Shown here in pieces: positions 10,821-19,872 of a stretch of 28,569 nt of DNA. The DNA is taken from the IMG/VR virus record IMGVR_UViG_3300030330_003094, positions 1-28,569 of that record. One strand, written 5' to 3'. How positions within the stretch are numbered: position 1 is the stretch's first letter; every line of letters begins with the position of its first letter. Both the position numbers and the translations under genes were made by a program. Source of the stretch: a virus (Duplodnaviria; Caudoviricetes). The notes below the pieces were generated by a model. That model was not told where the DNA came from. It saw only the letters and a list, made by a program, of their open reading frames with translations, and searched no databases.

Positions 10821-12193
10821 TACGTTAATGCTGGTGAGTTAAGTTGAACATCATTTAATGTACTATTTAACCTACCAGCGGAAGGCATCATACTTCTAGG
10901 TGCAGTTTTTTGAACTGGTGGTGCGCTCGCAACAACTGGATAAGGGACATTAATTGTCTTTGATTGTTTTTGAGGTAATCCTAAGTTATATGGGTTATTT
11001 TTCTTGATAAAATCTAAAACGTCAAATCCACCTTGTGGTTCTGGTTCTGCTGGTGCTACTTTTGTTAATGGTTCTGGTGGTGGTGTTTTTGTCTTAGGAG
11101 GTTCTAAGGGAACTGTTACTTTAGTTGGATCAAAGTCAAAGTGAGTAGAATCTGGTTTATATCCATTGTATATGAAACCATACTTAGCACCATTTTTTTG
11201 TATCCATTCATCACCAGGACCAGTGTTGAGCATATTGATATCAATAGCATTACCTGTCAAGTGCTTTGAACCTCTAACACCTCCTACGTTTTCATTCTTT
11301 TCTTCTGACCTAAAATGACTTGTAATATAAGAACCAAGATTAGGAATACCTTCTGCTTCAGCATCCTTAACCATTTTTATGAATGCTTTGGCAGCCTGAG
11401 GAGACAACTTAATAGGTCTACCTTTAAAGTCTTTATATCCCGTATCAACAGAACCTGTGTTTACTTCTCTCTGTTCTCCTTGAGGTTCAGTTTGTTGAGA
11501 TATTGATTGGGAAGTAAACTGTCTTGCTTGTCTTGCTTGTATTTCTTCTTCCTCTGCCTCTTCTGGTAGTTCAAAATCTTTTTCAGTAACTCCTAAGAGT
11601 TCTGACATTGGTCTTGAAAGAATTTGGAATGCACGGTCAACACTCAACTGCATTCGTGTGAATCCAAGTTGAACTCTTTGAGCAGCAGTTTGAATAGAAT
11701 CACCCATCTGCTTGAAATCAAAGTTTGCTGCTGCACCAACAACTTCCAAAATACCAACAGTTGTCGCTGTTATTATATCACCAATACCTTTGACAAACTC
11801 CTCCATATTACGAACGAAGAGTTGACCTCTCTTCATTACATCTTCAGCACTCCCTATAATTCTTGGAAGAGTTGTAACTGCCCATCCAATAAGCAAAGTC
11901 CCCACGAAGTCCATTATCCTTCCAAGGAAACTCTTATTACTCTTTTGAATTACTTTACCAGTCCTTTTTAAAGAACCTGTCACAGTTGATGCTTCTAACT
12001 GATCTTCTCTTTCTTGTCTAAGAATATTATTACGTCTTTGTCTGAACAGTTTAGCATCATTCGCAGTGTTCTTTCTCTTTGCAGCATTATCTTTTTTCAC
12101 AGACTTGATGATACCTTCAGCAGTAGAAACTGAACTTGCGACAGATTCCCTCAAAGAAGTTAAGTTTTTAGTAACACCTCTTAGAATAGACAT
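10820..12193 (-). CDS. Tape-measure-like helical protein with a peptidase M15 (VanY/D-Ala-D-Ala carboxypeptidase-like) domain
   Basis: Helical N-terminal half, then LSPQAAKAFIKM...SHFRS...GSKHLTGNAIDI...WIQKNGAKYGF...THFDF (H-x6-D plus distal H zinc ligands). Confidence 0.75.
   Translation of the reverse strand: MSILRGVTKNLTSLRESVASSVSTAEGIIKSVKKDNAAKRKNTANDAKLFRQRRNNILRQEREDQLEASTVTGSLKRTGKVIQKSNKSFLGRIMDFVGTLLIGWAVTTLPRIIGSAEDVMKRGQLFVRNMEEFVKGIGDIITATTVGILEVVGAAANFDFKQMGDSIQTAAQRVQLGFTRMQLSVDRAFQILSRPMSELLGVTEKDFELPEEAEEEEIQARQARQFTSQSISQQTEPQGEQREVNTGSVDTGYKDFKGRPIKLSPQAAKAFIKMVKDAEAEGIPNLGSYITSHFRSEEKNENVGGVRGSKHLTGNAIDINMLNTGPGDEWIQKNGAKYGFIYNGYKPDSTHFDFDPTKVTVPLEPPKTKTPPPEPLTKVAPAEPEPQGGFDVLDFIKKNNPYNLGLPQKQSKTINVPYPVVASAPPVQKTAPRSMMPSAGRLNSTLNDVQLNSPALT
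10864..10869 (-). promoter_or_regulatory. Putative late promoter TAAATA
   Basis: tattta on + strand, about 45 nt upstream of the hub gene start at 10820. Confidence 0.5.
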
Positions 12194-13458
12194 TAGTTAG
12201 GTTGGATATTATACTGAATCATAGAGTACATCAAATAGAAGTTATCACTATTTGTTGTATTAAAAAGTGGGATATCGTTTGCGACTCCATCTACTGCACC
12301 TATTTCTTGAGACCCTCCGGTATTTGCTGGAATAAGATTGATATTTACATTGTCTTGTTGTTCTTGAAGTCGGAGTTGTGTGGTAGATGCTAAATTACCC
12401 TCAGTTTGTATCAAGTCACCAACAAGACCACCACCTTGCATCAATCCATAAGTTATGGCAGCAGTGTCACGAAGACCTAAATTTGCCAACCTCAATCCTG
12501 GAATGAAGGAAGCAACTATAGGCAAAACTATAGGCAACGCACCTCCAATGAACTGTCCCGCTTGACCCATTTCAGTTTGAGGTTTGTATATTGAGAAATT
12601 ATCCGAAGCAAACGCACCCAAATTATATCCGAAGAAACTGCCAGCACCAGTACGTTGTCTACCTGTATTACCTTGAGTTCTTCCTTGGTTACTTGGTGCG
12701 GGACCAGGCGGTCTATTGTTGCCCGCAGGTCCAGGTAATCTATTTCTTGCACTGTTCAAAAGACTGCCTGCTGCAAGACTCGACATTCTTAACAAGTAAG
12801 AAATAGGTCTCATCAGCAAGTTTCTGAATGCACTACCTGCTATTCTGAATCCAAGTCTTACAAGACTTCGCGTTATAATACCAAGAGTTCCTGTTAGTGT
12901 TAAGAATATTGGTATGATAAACTTCAGGTTCCTAAGTAATGTATCTCTTACTTCTTTTAAGGCATTTTCATTACCTGTTATCAAACCACCAATAAATTTA
13001 AGTGTTTGACCACCTAAGAATCCTGCTAATAGAATAGTAAAGAACCTTCCAAGTCTTCCCAAGACACCCTGTGCCTTTTGACCTATTTTTTGTAATGGTT
13101 TAGCGAGAGCACTCTGAACTTTTCTCTCAATACCACTTTCTTTATTATCTCTTACTGCTTGCTCTGCTAATATTCTTTCTCTCTTCTGTTTTTCTTGTTC
13201 TCTTATTTGATCAAGTAAAGCAGAACCTCTTACCTGAGTTGAAATATCTACAAGAGTTTTATTTAATAATGCTATCTGACCACCAATGTTTGCTAATGAT
13301 CCATTGATAGTTTGAATGGCAGCGGTGTTCTGTCTAATGGCATTAGCATTCAAATCAATACCTTGCCCCATAGCAGCATTCTGCTGTGATGGTGGGGTTA
13401 AGAAAGAATATCTAGATATTCTAAATCTAGGTCTGTTAATAATAGGTGCGTTAGCCAT
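12193..13458 (-). CDS. Tape-measure/baseplate-hub-like helical protein with hydrophobic segments
   Basis: Coiled-coil N-terminus and amphipathic/hydrophobic helices; follows gp26-gp51; similar layout to the next gene. Confidence 0.55.
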   Translation of the reverse strand: MANAPIINRPRFRISRYSFLTPPSQQNAAMGQGIDLNANAIRQNTAAIQTINGSLANIGGQIALLNKTLVDISTQVRGSALLDQIREQEKQKRERILAEQAVRDNKESGIERKVQSALAKPLQKIGQKAQGVLGRLGRFFTILLAGFLGGQTLKFIGGLITGNENALKEVRDTLLRNLKFIIPIFLTLTGTLGIITRSLVRLGFRIAGSAFRNLLMRPISYLLRMSSLAAGSLLNSARNRLPGPAGNNRPPGPAPSNQGRTQGNTGRQRTGAGSFFGYNLGAFASDNFSIYKPQTEMGQAGQFIGGALPIVLPIVASFIPGLRLANLGLRDTAAITYGLMQGGGLVGDLIQTEGNLASTTQLRLQEQQDNVNINLIPANTGGSQEIGAVDGVANDIPLFNTTNSDNFYLMYSMIQYNIQPN

Positions 13459-13633
13459 TCATTTCCGCTTGTTTTGCTTTCAGATTCTCTTCCTCAATAT
13501 ATTGATGGAGGAAAGTGAGATACACTTCACGCTCCCAAGGAATCATATTTTCAAGCTCTGTTAATGAGTATTTATGATGCTGCATCAAGGCAAAATTAAC
13601 CCTAAAGTATGACTCAAGATCTTCATGAGCCAT
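13451..13633 (-). CDS. gp51: Baseplate hub assembly catalyst (gp51-like)
   Basis: NFALMQHHKYSLTELENMIPWEREVY signature. Confidence 0.85.
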   Translation of the reverse strand: MAHEDLESYFRVNFALMQHHKYSLTELENMIPWEREVYLTFLHQYIEEENLKAKQAEMNG

Positions 13634-13635
13634 AC

Positions 13636-14352
13636 CTACCCGAAAAAAGCAGTTAAACCCTCCAGTACAATTTTGTTTTCTTTGCCAGTCTTAGGGTTCA
13701 CAACTTTGATAGTATGTGATAACTTTGGCATCGTTTGGAAAAACTTTTCAATCTCTCCAAACTGTTTTGAACTTAACTGCTCCAAGAACTCTTTCAACTC
13801 CTTTTTAGTGCAGTCTGATGATGACCAAGACTCCTCCTCATTGAAGACCTGATCAATACAAGTAGAGATAAGTTCAAAGGTATCATCAACTGTCATAGCA
13901 TCTTCGGAGAAGTTACTTTTAACAAACTCATCAATGGAAGGGTACTTCATCCTTAAGACAAGTTCATCATCAAGTTTGATATCTCTCTTGTGTCCTCTTC
14001 CTTTAATGACCTTAATATCATCAAGGTTGATGACAGCAGGAACTTGAGTCTCACCATCATCAGGACAAGTGACCATCACCTCAACTTCCTCACCAACAGA
14101 CTTACCTCTGATATTAAGGAAAAGAAATTCAATATCAAAAGTTGAAAGTTCTTCTATCTTGAACCCTCTGGACAAGACACAACTTTTGATAACATCTTTG
14201 ACTGCATTAGCAATCTGCTTCTCATCTTCACTTTCCATAGCGATGATGAGAACTTTTTCTTCTTTTACAAGAAATGGTCTGTATCTAATTTTCTTTTTAT
14301 TAGAAGGCAATTCCAACTCATAAGTTGGAGTAGCAATTTTTGGTAAAGGCAT
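13636..14352 (-). CDS. gp26: Baseplate hub subunit gp26
   Basis: MPLPKIATPTYELELPS...YRPFLVKEEK...FDIEFLFLNIRGKSVGE...LEGLTAFF. Confidence 0.92.
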   Translation of the reverse strand: MPLPKIATPTYELELPSNKKKIRYRPFLVKEEKVLIIAMESEDEKQIANAVKDVIKSCVLSRGFKIEELSTFDIEFLFLNIRGKSVGEEVEVMVTCPDDGETQVPAVINLDDIKVIKGRGHKRDIKLDDELVLRMKYPSIDEFVKSNFSEDAMTVDDTFELISTCIDQVFNEEESWSSSDCTKKELKEFLEQLSSKQFGEIEKFFQTMPKLSHTIKVVNPKTGKENKIVLEGLTAFFG

Positions 14353-14373
14353 AATACTGTCAAGTCATGTTTT

Positions 14374-14379
14374 TATTTA
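14374..14379 (-). promoter_or_regulatory. Late promoter TAAATA upstream of gp26
   Basis: tattta on + strand, 21 nt upstream of the ATG. Confidence 0.7.
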
Positions 14380-15156
14380 GAGGGCACGTCCCTCACTTAT
14401 AATAGAACCAAGAAGATCTTCTCTACTCTGATATGGACCTATTGCTGATTCAACTGCTGCTCCAAGCGGTGTAGTGTTGTCCTCAAGTCTACCAGGAAGA
14501 CCATTAGCGGTTTCCGTTGCAGTTCCCTCTTTATTATTTGAAGTTCCTCTATGCACGGAGTAACTATCAAACTTACCACACACATATCTATCATAATAAA
14601 ATGAACACGTTGCTTTCAATATATCAGAGGACTGATATGCAACTTGAGTGCTTACCAAATCATAAGGGAATAAACCATAGAAAGTATATTCTAACTCATA
14701 TTGATAGTCTCTATCAAATTTTGTTATTTTAGTCTGATAGGTTTTGTAATCATTTGGATATTCCATTCTATGATAATATCCTGCTTGTGACTGAGTTTCA
14801 CCAGAACCATTTGCAATAAACTCTATCCAGTGCTCAAGAAACTTCATAGTTTTATATTCATTATCAACATAAAACTCTAACTGAAGAGGACTGAATATTC
14901 TTGAGTGTGCCATGTTTTCACTAACTCCCATGAAGTTACCAACTACTGCCCGAGTTCCAAGTCTGCTACCAGGAAGAGATGCTTTATTGCACAGTAATCC
15001 AGAAGTTTCAGTCAGAAACCTATAGTCTATACCTCTCACATTCAAGTGCTTTCTAAGCAGAGTTGGCAGACCACCAAACTGTACTTGATAGTGTGAGGTT
15101 TGTGCTAGATTTGTGAGTCTCGGTTTAAAGTCGGATATCCTTCTGGGTCTTACCAC
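14377..15156 (-). CDS. Tail-tube-fold protein (gp54/gp19-like tube initiator)
   Basis: LCNKASLPG, FYVD...FLEHWIEFI, YPNDYK and YTFYGLFP motifs of the tube fold; GTG start; divergent from gp4. Confidence 0.7.
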   Translation of the reverse strand: MVRPRRISDFKPRLTNLAQTSHYQVQFGGLPTLLRKHLNVRGIDYRFLTETSGLLCNKASLPGSRLGTRAVVGNFMGVSENMAHSRIFSPLQLEFYVDNEYKTMKFLEHWIEFIANGSGETQSQAGYYHRMEYPNDYKTYQTKITKFDRDYQYELEYTFYGLFPYDLVSTQVAYQSSDILKATCSFYYDRYVCGKFDSYSVHRGTSNNKEGTATETANGLPGRLEDNTTPLGAAVESAIGPYQSREDLLGSIISEGRAL

Positions 15157-15158
15157 TC

Positions 15159-15192
15159 TAAATACCTAATATGGTTTCGTTATTATTATTTA
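15159..15192. promoter_or_regulatory. Pair of opposed late promoters: TAAATA (+, 15159-15164) and TAAATA (-, 15187-15192)
   Basis: Both are preceded by C (CTAAATA), lie in the 37-bp gap between divergent genes, and are about 30 nt from their start codons. Confidence 0.75.
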
Positions 15193-15193
15193 G

Positions 15194-15631
15194 ATGGCAT
15201 ATAAGGGAAAATATCAACCGTCACATCCTAGGAAGTATAAAGGTAACCCATCAAACATTATATACCGTTCTCTCTGGGAGCGTAAGTTTATGGTTTACTG
15301 TGATTTAAACGAAAACATTCTTGAGTGGGGAAGTGAAGAGATCATTATCCCATATCGTTCACCAGTTGATGGTAAAGTTCATCGTTACTTCCCAGACTTC
15401 TACATCAAAGTAAGAGAGTCAACAGGATACACGAAAAAATATATTATTGAGATCAAACCAAAGAAACAAACAGCACCACCTAAAAAACCAAAACGTCAAA
15501 CCTCTGGTTATCTTCGTGAGGCGTATGAGTATGCTAAGAACCAAGCAAAATGGGAAGCAGCATCAGAGTGGTGTAAAGATAGGAGTTACATTTTCAAAGT
15601 ATTCACTGAGAAAGAACTCGGCATCAAATGA
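15194..15631 (+). CDS. gp4: Head completion nuclease gp4 (TnsA-like PD-(D/E)XK fold)
   Basis: KYKGNPSNIIYRSLWERKFM...WGSEE...YFPDF...IEIKPKKQT...NQAKWEAA. Confidence 0.93.
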   Translation: MAYKGKYQPSHPRKYKGNPSNIIYRSLWERKFMVYCDLNENILEWGSEEIIIPYRSPVDGKVHRYFPDFYIKVRESTGYTKKYIIEIKPKKQTAPPKKPKRQTSGYLREAYEYAKNQAKWEAASEWCKDRSYIFKVFTEKELGIK

Positions 15632-15975
15632 ACAGAGTTAGGCAAGTCGTAGACAACTTAAATGTAGGTGAGCGCATTCATCCTGATGATGTAATGCAAG
15701 ACTTGCTTGAAGTTCTTGAAGAGGGTGCATCACCTACTATAGGTGGCATCTATACTTTTATCTACTTTGCTAAGACTCCTGCATTACGTTATGACCAACA
15801 TCCTCTAGTTCGTATGGAGGAAGTATTCCAATGGGGTTTCAAGGCTTTTAGTTTCCATTGGCGTGAAATGAGACAATATACTTGGCAAGAAATGGTTGGT
15901 GGTCTCTACGAAATCTATCCAAGTGAACTCGCTGACGCTATGGAACTCCCAACTGCATACTATCGTACTAAATAA
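15628..15975 (+). CDS. DNA end protector gp2-like (short form)
   Basis: GGIYTFIYFAKTP..YDQHPLV resembles the gp2 core; adjacent to gp4. Confidence 0.6.
   Translation: MNRVRQVVDNLNVGERIHPDDVMQDLLEVLEEGASPTIGGIYTFIYFAKTPALRYDQHPLVRMEEVFQWGFKAFSFHWREMRQYTWQEMVGGLYEIYPSELADAMELPTAYYRTK
15969..15974 (+). promoter_or_regulatory. Late promoter TAAATA upstream of gp48
   Basis: CTAAATA ending 27 nt before the ATG at 16002. Confidence 0.7.
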
Positions 15976-16001
15976 CTAAAATTGTCCCCTTCAAAGACAG
16001 A

Positions 16002-17117
16002 ATGAGAAGACAAGAAGAAATAGAAAGGAGACGTGCTGCGGCAAGAGCAAGAAGAAGGGAAACAACTTCTAGAGAAACTCCGCCGGAGAATAGAGGTGCA
16101 GAGAGGACTAACAGTACTAGTTCAGTTCCTTTAAGATATCCTAATGCCATGCTTGACAACATGGACTTTTTGAGGATAGAAGTTTATAAGTATGAAAAGA
16201 CAAATTTGCCACAATTATTTGGAGATGCTACAACTATTGACCGGTTAACTCCAGAACAAAAAGAAAATTTAGCAAATAAAAGTGGTGCAACAAGAGCAAC
16301 TGTTGGTGAAGGAGATAATGCAAAAAATGAATTTGCCCTTGCAAAGGGTTCATTAAGAATTCCTAGAGCAAGAAAAAGATTAAAGTCTATCTTAAAAACT
16401 ATTTTCTTACCAATTCCAAGACAAGTTGGAGATGTAACAAGTATAAATTGGGGAAATGGAAGTTCTCTAAATGCACTTGAAGCATTTGGTTTGCAGTTTG
16501 GTACTAATTTTCTTGAAGACCCTAGCAAAGCATTTAACTTTCTACAAAATACTTTAGGGACACAACTTCAAGATTTTGGATCCACAAGCACACAAGATAT
16601 TTTCAGAAGTGCTATAAGTGGTGCTGCTGTTCAAGCAGTAGGTGGTAATGTTACACCGAGTTCTATTGTAGCAAGAGCGACTGGTCAGATATTTAACCCA
16701 AACCTTGAACTTCTTTTCTCTGGTGTAAACCTTAGAGCATTTCCATTTGAGTTTGAGTTCTTTCCAAGAGATGCTGATGAAAGTAAAAAAGTTCTTGAGA
16801 TTATTCGTTGTTTTAAATATTATGCAGCACCACAGTTAGGTTCTGAGGAAGGTTTTGCTGGTGCTTTCATATCATCACCCGATGTATTCCAGTTGACATA
16901 CATGAGTGGTAAGGGCAAACCACATCCTTTCTTAAATAACTTTATGCCTATGGCACTTGTTGAGACGAAAGTAAACTACTCTGGTTCAGGAACTTTCTCC
17001 ACATTTCATGATGGGACACCAACACATATAAAATTGAGTTTAACCTTCAAAGAACTCAACCCTGTCTATAGAGAGGATTATGATGAGGGTATCGGTAAAA
17101 ACGGAGTCGGTTACTAA
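16002..17117 (+). CDS. gp48: Baseplate tail-tube cap gp48
   Basis: LRYP, IFLPIP, NPNLELLFSGVNLRAFPFEFEFFPRDADES, GTPTHIKLSLTFKEL. Confidence 0.88.
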   Translation: MRRQEEIERRRAAARARRRETTSRETPPENRGAERTNSTSSVPLRYPNAMLDNMDFLRIEVYKYEKTNLPQLFGDATTIDRLTPEQKENLANKSGATRATVGEGDNAKNEFALAKGSLRIPRARKRLKSILKTIFLPIPRQVGDVTSINWGNGSSLNALEAFGLQFGTNFLEDPSKAFNFLQNTLGTQLQDFGSTSTQDIFRSAISGAAVQAVGGNVTPSSIVARATGQIFNPNLELLFSGVNLRAFPFEFEFFPRDADESKKVLEIIRCFKYYAAPQLGSEEGFAGAFISSPDVFQLTYMSGKGKPHPFLNNFMPMALVETKVNYSGSGTFSTFHDGTPTHIKLSLTFKELNPVYREDYDEGIGKNGVGY

Positions 17118-17767
17118 TGTCTTACTTTAGAGAACTACCTGATATTTTATATCAGTCACCATTCAAAGAAAGAAACTCTTCTACGGAGTACATAAGAATC
17201 AAGAACCTTTTTAGAAGGGTTAAACTTCGTGATGACTTGAAAGATGCTTTCACTTTATTTGATCAGTATCAAATAAGAGATGGTGATAGACCAGAGCAAG
17301 TTGCGAAAGAACTTTATAACAGTGTTGAATTTGACTGGGTGGTTATAACAGGTGCTGGTATTACAAACTTAAGAAATGACTGGCCAATATCGGATAAAGA
17401 CTTATATACGTATGCTGAAAATAAGTATGGTGTTCATTTGAATGCTATCAGACACTATGAGACAATTGAAGTCAAAGATGCTGAAGGAAGACTCATCTTA
17501 CCAAAGGGAAAAATTGTTGACCAGGGTTTCACCATTCCAAAACCAAATGACCCTACAGCAACTATAAACCCAACTGGTGGAGTCACAAACTTTGAACATG
17601 AAACTAGAATAAACAATAAAAAAAGAGGGATTTATGTGCTAAAACCCTCTTATCTTGGTATGTATGTTGAAGACATGAGACGTATCATGCAGTATGAAAG
17701 ATCATCTCAGTTTGTTGATAGAAAAACTGTTATAACTGAAAATACAAGAAACACATCACCACAGTAG
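17117..17767 (+). CDS. gp53: Baseplate wedge subunit gp53
   Basis: YFRELPDILY...KNLFRR...YQIRDGDRPEQVAKELY...DWVV...DWP...HYET. Confidence 0.9.
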   Translation: MSYFRELPDILYQSPFKERNSSTEYIRIKNLFRRVKLRDDLKDAFTLFDQYQIRDGDRPEQVAKELYNSVEFDWVVITGAGITNLRNDWPISDKDLYTYAENKYGVHLNAIRHYETIEVKDAEGRLILPKGKIVDQGFTIPKPNDPTATINPTGGVTNFEHETRINNKKRGIYVLKPSYLGMYVEDMRRIMQYERSSQFVDRKTVITENTRNTSPQ

Positions 17768-18343
17768 TTCTAAGTTTTTATCAAATATCATTACATATCT
17801 GTGTTTCCTTGAGCGGTCTCTCCATTCACCCTCAGCACCTTTGACACTGCCTCTAGAGTGTTTAGTTCCATCTGCAAAGTAGAAATCTTTCTTTGGTTCT
17901 GATAAACCGCAGTACCGAAAGTTACAAGCACGATAAATTGTGCCAGCATGATGGTCACTATCAGCGTATGAAATAATCCCCCTGACTTTGGTTTCTTTTC
18001 TAAAGCGTCTAATCGCTTTTGATACGAACCAAGAAGTGATATTATACTCGCTCTGCTGAGTAGTCGGGTGGATGCAGAGTCTTGAAAGTTCAAAGAGTCC
18101 ATCTTGTTCATGACGTTGTAAACCAAAAGCGCCCTTTGCTATCTCAGGGACAGGGAGACCTGTAAATATACAGACTCCCTTTACACCACCAATGTTTAGT
18201 GGACAAAACTCATTCTTTTCATAAAGACCGTAGTTATATCCAGACTTGAAAGTTTTTGATATGTCCTTCAAATAATGAAACCGCAGAAGTAACTCTGCGG
18301 CTTCAGACTTAGATATACGATCTATGTAGAAGTCAGACTTCAC
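17756..18343 (-). CDS. Mom-like GNAT-fold DNA modification protein
   Basis: FHYL, ELSRLCIHP, SWFVSKAIR, IISYADSDHHAGTIYRACNFRYCG and KHRYV motifs typical of the Mu Mom family. Confidence 0.75.
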   Translation of the reverse strand: MKSDFYIDRISKSEAAELLLRFHYLKDISKTFKSGYNYGLYEKNEFCPLNIGGVKGVCIFTGLPVPEIAKGAFGLQRHEQDGLFELSRLCIHPTTQQSEYNITSWFVSKAIRRFRKETKVRGIISYADSDHHAGTIYRACNFRYCGLSEPKKDFYFADGTKHSRGSVKGAEGEWRDRSRKHRYVMIFDKNLELLW

Positions 18344-19284
18344 TCAGCCAGTTTGGCAAAATAAGAGAGTGCGTCGTCATCATCATTGGAAGATGGGGTG
18401 ATGTCAGGGTCATTGAAACCACCACTGCTACTAGACAGAGCGTCCAGTTCTTCCTTCATGGACTGTGGAACAGGGGTTCCACGGTTAGCAGCGCGGAACT
18501 CTTCTTCCTCTTCAACAGACTCTTGGTCTTGGAAGCGGGGAGTGCCCTTGTTGCCCAGAACATAGTCAAGACGCTTCTTCAGCGCATCATAGTCTTTGAA
18601 CTGGTCAGATGCAACGATCTCAGCGAGTGAGTATTGCTTCTTCCAGATGGCTTCCATGGCATCATCGTCATCCAGCAGAGCAGACTGAGCAGCGAACTCA
18701 GAAGAGTCATAGTTGCGGTAACCAGCAACATTCTTCGCTTTCAGTTTGAAGTTGGCACCCTGCCAGAAGTCAAACGGATCGATTGCTTCCTCATCTTCAA
18801 ACTCAGGTTGCATAGCAGCAGTGAGTTTGTCGAAGATCTTCTTACCATACTTGAACAGCATAACCTTACCTTCGTTGGCAGGGTTAGCAGGATCCTTCAC
18901 AACATAGATGTTGCTGTAGTAGGTCAGTTTGCGCTTCTGTTTACGTGCAGCTTCTTTGCCAGCATCAGTGCCGTTGTTCCACAGCATAGTGTTGTACTCG
19001 GACACAGGGTCTTTCTGACCCAGGGTGGTCAGAGAGTTCTCAATGTACCAACCACCAGGACCTTGGAAGGCGTGGGAGTACAGTTTCACAAAGGGCAGGT
19101 CTTCACCGTTGGGTGCAGGCAGAAAGCGGATAACGGCATAACCGTTACCACTCTTGTCACACTCCAGTTTCCATACACGTTCGTCACCAGAACCGCCAGT
19201 GTTATTCATTTTCTCGACTTCCTTCACCAGTTTCTGGGTCAGGGAACCAAGTTTGGACTGCTTTTTAAGGTCAGCAAAAGACAT
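18340..19284 (-). CDS. gp32: Single-stranded DNA-binding protein gp32
   Basis: GNGYAVIRFLPA...HAFQGPGGWYIENSLTTLG...KYGKKIFDK...PFDFWQGANFKLK; acidic tail ending DDALSYFAKLAE. Confidence 0.97.
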   Translation of the reverse strand: MSFADLKKQSKLGSLTQKLVKEVEKMNNTGGSGDERVWKLECDKSGNGYAVIRFLPAPNGEDLPFVKLYSHAFQGPGGWYIENSLTTLGQKDPVSEYNTMLWNNGTDAGKEAARKQKRKLTYYSNIYVVKDPANPANEGKVMLFKYGKKIFDKLTAAMQPEFEDEEAIDPFDFWQGANFKLKAKNVAGYRNYDSSEFAAQSALLDDDDAMEAIWKKQYSLAEIVASDQFKDYDALKKRLDYVLGNKGTPRFQDQESVEEEEEFRAANRGTPVPQSMKEELDALSSSSGGFNDPDITPSSNDDDDALSYFAKLAE

Positions 19285-19327
19285 TTTAGATACCTCGGAT
19301 GTTTGGATTTTTTGGATTTACTCGGAT

Positions 19328-19356
19328 AGTATAACGACGTAACCCTCAAGTGTCAA
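19328..19356 (-). promoter_or_regulatory. Sigma70-type early promoter for gp32
   Basis: TTGACA (19351-19356) - N17 - TATACT (19328-19333) on the minus strand. Confidence 0.85.
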
Positions 19357-19678
19357 GATATTCCTTGAGGGAATCTATTGTAGCATTCATACTATTGAAT
19401 AAATTGTTGATGTCGGTTTCTTTTGGAAACCCCATCAGAGCGACGGACTTAACCAGGTTCTCTTTCATCTCAACCGCTTTGGGGTCGTCCGAAAGAGATA
19501 ACCTAGTATACATCACTTTTTGCTTATCTAGCAACTCGCTTAGCATATCAATGTGTTCCAGTTTGTCTTCCTTGCTCATCATGCCGAAGGACAAAACACT
19601 CCCATAGATCGATTCCTGAAGACGGTTGATTTCTTGCAACTCTTCTTGGATGATATCGGAATCGAAAAAACTCATCAA
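19346..19678 (-). CDS. DUF1825-like conserved cyanobacterial/cyanophage protein
   Basis: FFDSDIIQEEL...KQKVMYTRLSLSDDPKAVEMK pattern. Confidence 0.75.
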   Translation of the reverse strand: MMSFFDSDIIQEELQEINRLQESIYGSVLSFGMMSKEDKLEHIDMLSELLDKQKVMYTRLSLSDDPKAVEMKENLVKSVALMGFPKETDINNLFNSMNATIDSLKEYLDT

Positions 19679-19872
19679 CCCTCTACAACTTCGGTTTCAG
19701 CAGTTTCTGCTTCACCTTCTTCTTCGGGGTTATTTGCTTCTTCGATCTGGGACAGAACATCAATTGCTCCATCAAGTTTCAGTACGGTAGCACGCAGTTG
19801 CTCAAGTTGCTTAACTGTCTCTTCCCGTTGCTTGGTCAGGTTCTCCAGAACTTCTTTGTTTTCAAGTGCCAT
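19675..19872 (-). CDS. Small coiled-coil hypothetical protein
   Basis: MALENKEVLENL...LKLDGAIDVL; packed between gp59 and the DUF1825-like gene. Confidence 0.75.
   Translation of the reverse strand: MALENKEVLENLTKQREETVKQLEQLRATVLKLDGAIDVLSQIEEANNPEEEGEAETAETEVVEG

Noticed and set aside
15194-15631. TnsA-like fold as a sign of a transposon or homing endonuclease
   Set aside because: Motifs and position identify it as the core head-completion protein gp4.
17791-18126. 111-aa alternative-frame ORF inside the Mom-like gene
   Set aside because: Fully nested, with no ribosome-binding site or recognisable motif.
18634-19329. 231-aa ORF antisense to gp32
   Set aside because: Expected by-product of strong codon bias in a highly expressed gene; no recognisable motifs.
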